A stretch of 63,976 nucleotides of DNA, counting the filler, from Sanchytrium tribonematis (lineage: Eukaryota), in the NCBI GenBank assembly GCA_018985235.1. It is 8 parts of 8 records of this genome, joined end to end, with 100 filler letters (N's around TTAATTAATTAA, not from the genome) between each part and the next. Parts side by side here need not be neighbours in the genome. Positions count along the whole stretch, not along the records: positions 49,426 to 57,543 come from JADGIG010000395.1; positions 57,644 to 63,976 come from JADGIG010000533.1; 6 more parts are not named here. One strand, written 5' to 3'. Each line of letters starts with the position of its first letter. Position 1 is the first letter of the stretch. The translations under genes and the position numbers were made by a program. Under the pieces are notes generated by a model. The model did not search any database. It was not told the origin of the DNA and worked only from the letters and a program-made list of their open reading frames with translations. Below are positions 53,601 through 61,907 of the stretch, in pieces.

Positions 53601-55579
53601 TCATCTATAATTCCCATTCATAAAGGAAAATCCGATGATTATGAGTCCATGACTGAGTATCGTCCAATTGGACTTTGCTCGATTCTCCGCAAGATGTTTG
53701 AAAAATTATTTAAACCCCGCTTGATGCCATTTTTACAGACTGGGGAGAATCAGTTTGGGTTCAAGCATGCAACCAGTTTATTAGATGCTGCTTGGTACTT
53801 TGAGTCCAAATTAATTGAGCTACAATACAATATAGACGATTATATAATGGTAAAAGGTGATTTAAAAGCAGCATTTGATTCTTGTTCTCATGAATCTTTG
53901 TTAGAAATGTGTAGAGCAGTAGAAATGCCTGAAAACTTTATATCATTAATTATCAATTTGAATCTACGTCAAAATATTAAGCTGACACTTGGAGATCAAT
54001 GCAGCAACTATAAAAGCATAAATCAAGGGGTTATTCAGGGAACAATTCTTAGTCCCAACCTGTTTACCAAATTGGTGGATTGGATAATGAATAATTTCAG
54101 TTTAATCTCAATCTGGTTCGCTGATGACTTACTGTTTATCGTTAGAAGGAGTGAATATGAAGCAAAAATGGCTGAATTAGTAGAATCCCTTGCTAAAATT
54201 GGTTTGAAATTTAACATGGCAAAAACTCACCCAATAACACAAGTATTTGAAAAATGGATAGGTTTGGAACTCAACCATTTGGGTACCAACACAGAACAAC
54301 AGATTAAAGCCAATTTAAAGAAAGCAAGAAATAGAATTCGTAATGCTCGTAATTCTGGTGTTTTTAATGGCGGCTATAAAAAAGAGCATTTATTACGATA
54401 TATTGGATCAGCAGTACTGCCCTTACTAGAGATGGGATTAGCTATTCATGAACCAATTTCAGATTTAGCTGCTAAGGTGGATGTATTCATAAATACAACA
54501 GTGCGAGATTTGGTTGGTATCCCGATTCATACGCCTGTAGATGATATTCGGTTTTTGACTGGTTATTGCTCATTTATGGATAGATGGACATCAATTAAAG
54601 TAAAATTTATAAACAAATTGAACTATCTGAGTGGATCTATGGATGATTTAGAGTATAGACCCAAAGCAAAGATGAGTTTTAGTCTTAATAAGAAACTCAA
54701 GAAATATATTAAAACCAACTCATCGATATTAAGAGTCTTCAAGAGATCTTATCCAAATGCTGTAGTGAATTGCAACAATTGTTCAAATAACCATGATTAT
54801 GCCAATCAAGTATACAAATGTCATAACTCGTTGATTTCCCAGCCAACAGCGAAATGCAATCGATTTGAGGGTAAAACAATTCTCTCCTTTCCAAATCAAT
54901 GGAAATCCATTATACAACAAAAACAAAGTACTTTACAAGATGAAGAATTACTCATAGTTACTGACGCCAGTTTACATGAAAATCCAGAGATTCAATCAAC
55001 AGGAGCCGCAGTTGTTTTATCCAAATCCAATATCCACATAAAAGCATACAATCTTAACACTTTACGGCCAGATGATAGTACACGTTGCGAAATAGCAGCT
55101 ATTGTTTGTATTTTAAAAGACATTAGCAAACTGCAACAGTATCAGAATTATACTATTCACCTACTTTGCGACAATACGAGTGCAATTAAATTGTGTGAGA
55201 AAGTACGTGATAAGACAGTCCCATTTTATAATATTTATTCGATAGATTTGATTAAAGAAGTACTAGACCAGTTAAATCGTGTAACATTTGAATATTTACC
55301 TGGACATGATGATGAGAATCCAGATTCTTTAAATCATCTTTGTGACTATTTTACACATGCTCATGACATAGCATCACAACCACCAATAGAATTACGAATC
55401 AACGATAAATGGAAACAAACAGCAGCACCATCAAAAGAGGTCTTTAGACTAGCTCATGTGGTATCTTCACATACAAATGAGAATGTGTTATTAGAGATCT
55501 TCAGAGAAATACATAGCAATTGTATCCCAGCGACTTAGTAGCCGTCATTTACAAGAGTAAAACCTCAATAAATAATTAA
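50648..55579 (+). mobile_element. Full-length single-ORF non-LTR retrotransposon
   Basis: Flanked by a 14-bp TSD; 25-nt 5' UTR; ~41-nt 3' UTR ending aataaataattaa. Confidence 0.92.
50673..55538 (+). CDS. LINE polyprotein: N-terminal region, APE endonuclease, reverse transcriptase, Cys/His motif, RNase H
   Basis: APE: GWNICG, LSECK, GDIN, SDHKA; RT: ASGPDDVP, YRPIGL, QFGFK, DLKAAFD, GVIQGTILSP, FADD; RNase H: VTDAS, CEIAA, LCDN, LPGH..N..CD. Confidence 0.95.
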   Translation: MSSSKNVIKKPPGPLQPANLAEMVDPKQLQWLCCLKVQSTMYRTTMSGLPDTNHMRRQLLKKAKIKSENVRRFEFIHNCRYLEVICTQRVLEKILEYLKIELGGTPIQMGSWIKFIKSPGNKSLFKNEILRLKEDMFDVSLSIFSETRYENDVTKLLGILCGQFDTKFNYKVHMKRVKTQIEEEMVKKVPIKKPQCTITSDADDDEMLALMTDLNSHSVANKHKADKMDEDLESLDLNTTPPGTHNDKKRKLTDDSQVLISFNLTKNGHLNYETCVEQSTIYDICETFDYTYLIYNLKNTKDLQQEVIGGSSITITTCDLIHTIKVSLFEVNYDLFVPSGTLAGHIIPPLYCDTEKYSIKIDNLPMTENDMLLDDLKSVTISLVNSIQTYLCEKSLFLYNNEFKLHQEIQCFKYFDKCLSIVLNNIQIFIYFIFWCHLLPTNAFKVQFGGQSIILDEPVHLVQDIAISLSARGIAAGNIIYNGDQLPMGETITPEHSGSVYYKLKTPNELTTVTTKNRSLRILGWNICGIKHNVNDLLAIIQAFDLDLLFLSECKVAHDFKLPTNFIYYNKSNSPYGCAVVYNSERYSSGDINIIGSEYHLLLKLESVDILYVYRKLSTNCVEWYHSIRPMISNQVFLFGDINVNTLLPLNVNQLTMFDLMAMDGLFHFDIVSDYSFLRNGAIGYPDLAFYKTQTSYKVISGEFMDRFDISDHKAMIFELELDTENVVIFPKMPRWNVKKLKDEQVDFIFKHEEDLEIIKDQQVIEQYLLEFDNDNVPGHQRYSACTSLGDKLVTILHKSANHAIGKSKLFHGIDTQVLQDATTARLRGNHDIANRIIDLSRRLAIKKYKQKVDDLDSCQFLKVVNLASRRKGVSKQHLNRLRLEHHFAQWDGKWDMKALNHDVFIPVKQTNSIWSDYTFHEFNTIIKNLPGHKASGPDDVPNELLKHSNDRFKMVLLRFFNIIGKTGIVPDIFRFSSIIPIHKGKSDDYESMTEYRPIGLCSILRKMFEKLFKPRLMPFLQTGENQFGFKHATSLLDAAWYFESKLIELQYNIDDYIMVKGDLKAAFDSCSHESLLEMCRAVEMPENFISLIINLNLRQNIKLTLGDQCSNYKSINQGVIQGTILSPNLFTKLVDWIMNNFSLISIWFADDLLFIVRRSEYEAKMAELVESLAKIGLKFNMAKTHPITQVFEKWIGLELNHLGTNTEQQIKANLKKARNRIRNARNSGVFNGGYKKEHLLRYIGSAVLPLLEMGLAIHEPISDLAAKVDVFINTTVRDLVGIPIHTPVDDIRFLTGYCSFMDRWTSIKVKFINKLNYLSGSMDDLEYRPKAKMSFSLNKKLKKYIKTNSSILRVFKRSYPNAVVNCNNCSNNHDYANQVYKCHNSLISQPTAKCNRFEGKTILSFPNQWKSIIQQKQSTLQDEELLIVTDASLHENPEIQSTGAAVVLSKSNIHIKAYNLNTLRPDDSTRCEIAAIVCILKDISKLQQYQNYTIHLLCDNTSAIKLCEKVRDKTVPFYNIYSIDLIKEVLDQLNRVTFEYLPGHDDENPDSLNHLCDYFTHAHDIASQPPIELRINDKWKQTAAPSKEVFRLAHVVSSHTNENVLLEIFREIHSNCIPAT

Positions 55580-55593
55580 ATATGGTTTTGTAT
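55580..55593 (+). repeat. Target-site duplication, right copy
   Basis: atatggttttgtat. Confidence 0.9.
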
Positions 55594-55908
55594 CGATGAT
55601 ATAATTATAATGTGAGACATTTTTTGTATTTTTAAGACGGTCATCCATTTCGGTTATTGTATTCCTGTATTCCAATTTGTAATTGAATGCAGCTGCAAAT
55701 AATAATGCGACGAATGCGATCATGTACTACATTAGATCCGATTCCCTTTTATGGCGAGCGTGCAATACACGCAACAACTTGCACAAATCAAAGTATTTTT
55801 TTAAATTACAATCATTAATTTAAAAGACTTGCACGACTTGCAGGGGTAAATCCGTTTACCAGGACGTGACATTTCCCAAATACATTTGTTATGCTCGTCA
55901 GAATTTAT

Positions 55909-56112
55909 TTAAATCGGATATTGACAGCCTCTACAACCAAGAATAATATTCTCAATAAAATGAGAATATGCTTTTTTTCGACCAGCATCATATGATACAG
56001 TGGTTGTACATTTTTTGTTATTTGTATACGTAATCATAACGAGTACATTGCCTGTTTTATCACCAACATACTCTATAACATCTTGTCTAATAGTTTGCCA
56101 TTTGAATGTCAC
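55909..56112 (-). pseudogene. 3' fragment of a small secreted-family gene lacking its start and signal peptide
   Basis: KCTTTVSY..KK.YSHFI..GC pattern resembles 49428-49757 and 49936-50226; no upstream ATG or hydrophobic leader. Confidence 0.4.
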
Positions 56113-57042
56113 TTAAAGTCATTTATGAATGAAACCAATTGAATTTCATTTGTCAAATTGTCTAATAAATGAATCCTATCTGGAAATGGGAAAACATATG
56201 AACCAAAATCATTAGATCTCATCAAACGAGTCTTGAGATCATTATTGAAAGATGTCGACATTATTTACGTTATTGGAACACATTGCAGTAATGTTGTGAA
56301 TAGACCAAAGACAAAGCAACAAATGTGGCAATAATCAAAAGAATGATGAGACTGGTAAAAATTCAGATGGTTCAAGGAACCAATCAATTTAATCTACTTC
56401 AAATCCAATTCAAAAGAAATTGATCTCTCTCCAAACAATGTCATTTATGTCATTTAAATCACCAAATGCCCCATATGACTTGCAATTCTCAAGTACATAG
56501 ATCTTGATTGCTTCATCATCAATATATGGCTGCACAAATATTCAAACTTGCATTTAAACCAGTAGCATAATCATTAATTGCACCATGATCCTTGTCAACA
56601 ATTTGGATAGCAAATTTAAAACATTCTATTACCAAATTTGATTCACCAAATAGATCTTGCTCGTGTATGTCCATCTGACTGATACTATTTGTGTCAAATG
56701 GTCAATTTATCATTAATTGTATGATTGAAATTTATCAAGTGTTTTATTTTAATCATCCCATGACTAAAATAGAATGATGTGACTGTGGAATTGATTGAAT
56801 TGTATGGATATGGTGAGATTGTAATCATGTTTATGAATGAACATCCTGAATTATTTAGTGATGTTGACTTATTACAAAGATTTGATAATAATTCAATTTC
56901 ATTCATGGGGATTGAGAGAGATGGTGTGATTAAAATAAATGTAGTTTACTTGCGACTCGATTGTCTAGCCATTTGGATTAAAGCAAATAATCTTGAGTGC
57001 ATTTTATGCATTAACTAGAGAGGTTTAAAGTACACATCACAT

Positions 57043-57294
57043 TTATTTATTTCCTTTTTGGGCGTCTTCGATAATATCCTCAATCTGGCGTAGCATTTCG
57101 GCTCTAATCGCATCATATTTTTTGACAGCGGCTTCTTTTTCAGCTTGAACCTTTTCGATCGCTTTCACTAGACTACCAACGTCATCGTCTTCGATACCAT
57201 GTCGCGCAGCAAATTTTTTCACCTTTCTTAGATCAACAGGACTTTCTGGACCATCTTCATACATTCCAAATACAATCCATAATACAATCAACAT
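57043..57294 (-). CDS. Small secreted coiled-coil protein
   Basis: MLIVLWIVFG then a charged helical region. Confidence 0.6.
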   Translation of the reverse strand: MLIVLWIVFGMYEDGPESPVDLRKVKKFAARHGIEDDDVGSLVKAIEKVQAEKEAAVKKYDAIRAEMLRQIEDIIEDAQKGNK

Positions 57295-57543
57295 GGAGGA
57301 TGGACATCAATTTTCTTTTAATACAAAGTGGGGTACCACGTGGTCGCACATCATTTGTTTTCAGACAATTGATTGGCAGAAATGACAAAAGGAGACAAAA
57401 TAATCATGTTGCACAGAATACAATCAAATTTCCATTGATTGAATCAATTCTTGTGGTATCCATTCAATCCATTTCTCATTTAATGAAAAGACATTCTCTG
57501 TAAAATACAAATCATGAAATTCACTAGGCAATTGATTTTTCCA

Positions 57544-57643
57544 NNNNNNNNNNNNNNNNNNNNNNNNNNNNNNNNNNNNNNNNNNNNTTAATTAATTAAN
57601 NNNNNNNNNNNNNNNNNNNNNNNNNNNNNNNNNNNNNNNNNNN
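57544..57643. other. Artificial contig linker
   Basis: N44-TTAATTAATTAA-N44. Confidence 0.98.
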
Positions 57644-57644
57644 A

Positions 57645-60600
57645 ATTGCAGACAAGTATAGCGACGAGCAACTCGACATATTATTAGGTGAAATGGTCCA
57701 ATCGCAAAGCCTTCCTAAAGATACCATCGACAGACTACGGGACCTTCCGAGAGATTCTAAGCTGACTTTGTTAAATAAGCATTTGAGTGATAAAGATTCA
57801 ATCATGGACACGCCTGATCAATACATACAGGCCGTACTCCGTAAGCCACTGAAAGAAATTGGCAAATTGAGAGTTGCATTAAATACCAAGCCTGTGTCAT
57901 TTGTTGTTGAATTTGCGAACAAAAATGGACTGTCAGTCATTAAAGATATTTTGTGGGATTCTATCACATATTTTGTGCTAGAAGCCGATTATTATAGCAG
58001 AACAAAAGACGATCATCCATTTTTAGTTTATAAGTCCAAAGTATCGAGGGAGCATTGTGATAAGCTTTCTTACGAAGCCTCTCAATGCGTCAAGCCTTTG
58101 ATAAAGTTGCAGGATATCTTAAAAATGATTTTGACGGACGACAACATTTTAACATTATTATGTTTGTATACCAGTTTCGGAAGTTATCTAACTCGAAAAA
58201 TCGCTTGCGAAACACTAACAATTATTATTTACTACGACGGTACACTGGTTGGCAAGATTTTGCAATCATTTTCCAATGCGATTGAAATTCAGTGCTCGTT
58301 GTTGAGACAACATTTTCGACACCCAGGAGAAAATCAAGCCAATGTATACAATGTCTTAAAAGAAAATAAGATGTCCAATAGCCCATTTGAGCTATGGATT
58401 GGATCTTTGGATAGCGTTTTATTGGGACGAGGAATTTTAGGTAGTAAAGTTCAAAGCAACTTGCTCGACAATATGACCGATGACCAATTAAATGATTTCA
58501 CTCTTTCTAATTGGATATTGATAAATGGGCTTTTGAGAGTGCCCGTTTCTATACCATTGAAAATACATATACGTAATCTATTTATTCATGCTAATTTAAT
58601 CAAAATTATTGACCAATCCAATAATATGAATAACGAATTAATAGGTTGGCAACTTAAACAATACAGGGAGGATTCCAAACTAGACCAAAAGTGGTTTGAT
58701 GATACCAATCGTTTAAAAATGGAAGATTTCTCGGATCCATCAGAATGTTTAGATTTTCTGTTACGTCAAACTGAAAAATATCCATCCGCTTATTTTTGGC
58801 TGACAAGAATAATGCAGACTCTGACACTCATTCGGGATGATGAAGGAAATAGCTTCGATGTCAGGCACAGTTATTTGAAGTTGATCGCAAATATTGTCGA
58901 GAAAATTGTACTAGATGGGCACGGAATTGACCCTTCATTCACAGATTTGTACGGAATATCGGTATCATCAATAATAGAAGGACTCGCAAACCAGGAACAG
59001 TTGGATAATTTGAAAAGCGATTTAAAAGATTCAGAAATTAAGTTAACCTTACTTAAAAAGGAAAAAGCTAAAACTGAAGTTCGCTTATCATTATCAGATG
59101 AAAACACTAAAGCACAGTATTTGCAAACAATTGATCACCTTAAGGACCTTTTAAACATCTCGCAATCGAACTCAGAAGCACTCAAGGATCAACTTAAGGA
59201 ACAAGATGAAAAATACAGATCAGTTCTAAAAAATCACGATCATCACTTGGAGAAACTTTTAAAGGCTTTAAAAGAAACTAATGATTTAAAGCAACTCGAT
59301 CAAATGAATGAAATGCTCGACAACGATTTTAAAAACCATTTTCCTGCAAGGGAAATAATAAGCAACCCTAATGAACAATTCGAATCGTTGAAAAGTGAAA
59401 ACGCCCGTTTAAGAGATCAATTGAAAATACTTAAGCATAGACAAAATGCGATCGCACCATTATCTTTGCAAGAACGGCCAGAACAACCAGCAAATGATTC
59501 TGAAGAAAGAAATATCATGCAACAACGCGGTCTGACAGTAAAGGTTCAGCCGCTTTCAAAAACAGAAGAGAAAATTATAGAGAAAAAAGAATCCGAAAAA
59601 TCATTGCCACCTCCACCATCTGCAGTGGGTCTCCCGCCACCACCACCACCTCCTCCTCAACAGAGTACCTATGTTAAACGATTTAGACCAAAAACTCAGC
59701 TTAGGCAGCTCAATTGGGAAAAAATTCCTGAGCATGCAGCTAGAGAGACAATATTCTCTGTCTTGTCCGTAGATGATGCTTCAAATAATTTAGAAGATAA
59801 ACTAGATAAAGAAAATGTTTTCCAAAGTTTGGAAGCCATGTTTGGCGTGAAAGCTTCACCTATTTCGCGAGAACATAGTGACTCTAATGTCAGTGAGGGA
59901 AGTGGAGACAAATTGTTTGTTATCTCGGTCTCAATGAATGAAACTGAATTTAAACCTGGACAAGAGATAAGCATGCTAGATCCGAAAAAGGCTTATAATG
60001 TTAATATCATGTTGCAAAGGATAAGGAATATAACTGCATTCGAAATCAAACAAGCTGTTATTGAAATTAATAAGGACATTTTGAGCCCATTACTCATTCA
60101 ACAGCTTAACAAGTTTATGCCTACACCGAAAGAAATAGGGAAATTACAAGCTTTTAAACATAACAGAAAAAATTTAAGTAAGGCGGACAATTTTTTCATT
60201 GAAATGTTAACAATTCCTAGATTTCAAAAAAGACTAGAGCTTATTGAGTTTAGTTATCTATATCAAGAAAGAGTATCAGATGTTGAAAAGTTTATAAATG
60301 TACTAAATAATGGCTGCTTGGAACTAAAAAATTCGTCGGCATTCCGAAAAGTGTTGGAAATGGTTTTGGCATTAGGAAATTTCATGAACTCTGGTTTTAG
60401 AGGAGGGGCTATAGGATTTAAGATTACAAGCATCAATAAGCTCTCGGATACCAAATCATACGACAATTCCACCACATTGCTTCATTTTTTGGCCAAAATA
60501 ATTAGACAAAAATTTCCCGAGGCGCTTAGTTTCATTAAGGAATTCAACATGGTCAACGATGCCTGCAGGATAGATCTCAATCATAGCAAGCAAGAATTAA

Positions 60601-61056
60601 TTGGATTAAAAAAAGGTCTAGAGGATGTGAATGACGAAATAGATATATTGTCTCTGGAAAGTGAGTTTGATGTCTTTAAGAAGAAAATGAGCGAATTTTA
60701 CGATATTACTTTTGTACAAGTCAACACTTTGAATGAAAAATTTAGAGCTGCTGAAAAATTATTTAAGGAAACCTGCAAATTGTATGGAGAAAATCCGGCC
60801 AAAATCAGTTGCGAAGAATTTTTTGGAATTTTTAGCACTTTCAAAGTGTCTTTTGAAGTACAATCTATTTATTTAGCGTGCAATACAAGATATAGAACTG
60901 GAGGAAGCCCCTGTGCCAATTGCAAAACCGCTAGTATTCCAAAAAAGTGTTTCATCTAATCCCATAGAACCAAATACTGACACCGCAGAAATAGATTTGC
61001 TGCTCGAATCATTAAAAAAAGGACACGCTGTATTGAAAAAAGATATGAAAAAATAA
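57645..61056 (+). CDS. Diaphanous-related formin (GBD/FH3, coiled coil, short FH1, FH2, DAD); probably 5'-partial; exons ..60857 and 60877-61056
   Basis: LRVALNTKPVSFV, poly-Pro, LRQLNWEKI, LGNFMN..GFKITSINKL; splicing restores the DAD motif IDLLLESLKKG. Confidence 0.93.
60858..60876 (+). other. 19-nt spliceosomal intron
   Basis: gtacaatctatttatttag, phase 0; FE-RAIQD.. Confidence 0.9.
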
Positions 61057-61058
61057 AT

Positions 61059-61860
61059 TTATACTTTTTGTAAATTGAGTTCCCTGGAAGTGACAAGCCG
61101 TGCGTCAACTTCTTTAAAATCAACATCATCATCTTGAAATCGAAGTTTATAGGCGTTTCGTTTATAACCAGATGGAGGCAAGATAACTTGAGCTTTATAC
61201 AACTACATAAGAATGAATTACCGATGTCGTGTCAGGATATACAGCATAAACAATCCTGCCAGTCTCCATTTCGGGCCACTTCAATGGGTAGTCTAAATCA
61301 TCTGGGCGTAATACATCTAGATCGTTTGCCTCATTTGGAAGCTGCAATATTTCTGAAGCTTTTAGATCCGTCAATAAAGAGCCTTCTGAATCATAATCTC
61401 TAATATTATATCGAAGATCCGCGGACAGCTCAGTCATATTCGCAACGTGAACTTTATCGACATAACCTAATATCCATAGATCAGAATTTCGAACAGCTAC
61501 CAGATCATTTAGCTTGATACTTTTGTGAACATTGCAGTAGATGGGGCCAGATTTGATTGGCAAATCGAGTTTCGCCTTTTTTGATGGTTTGGTAGCCAAT
61601 TTAGATGCGTCATGTCTCGGTTTTTTATTTGTGGTAGCAACAACCTTAGTGGACAGCCTGCGCTTTGGTTTACTGGTTAGACTTATAAGCACGCTGTCAT
61701 TCAAAATGTTGTCGCCTCGAAATCTTGCGTCATATTCAATGAGTTGTATAGTTCGTTGTATTAATTCGCCTAGTTTATACAAGTCTTCAGAGTCATTTGT
61801 AGCTCTACACTCAATATTATATGCTTCCAAATCTTGCAATCGTTTGATCAAAGACTGCAT
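61059..61860 (-). CDS. SGF29: SAGA subunit Sgf29-like tandem Tudor protein; exons 61860-61222 and 61202-61059, 260 aa
   Basis: VAVR..WILG, YNIRD; spliced VYAVYPDTTS-LYKAQV..YKLRFQDD matches second Tudor. Confidence 0.82.
61203..61221 (-). other. 19-nt spliceosomal intron
   Basis: gtaattcattcttatgtag, phase 0. Confidence 0.9.
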
Positions 61861-61907
61861 GGACAAAACAAGGGGCAAATTTGATCAGTCATTAAAAATT
61901 GAAGAGT

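Larger units (their letters stand above)
50379..55723 (-). pseudogene. Small secreted-protein gene disrupted by the LINE insertion (5' half 55723-55594, 3' half 50647-50379)
   Basis: Removing the element and one TSD copy gives an in-frame ORF MIAFVALLFAAAF..NYIIDTKPYESANKKYY..CHPLK*. Confidence 0.88.

Noticed and set aside
8149..57643. Regularly spaced TTAATTAATTAA palindromes every ~8.2 kb
   Set aside because: They are embedded in N runs of fixed length, and contig sizes fall monotonically (8143, 8140, 8135, 8134, 8125, 8118). These are assembly linkers, so ORFs running into them are artefacts.
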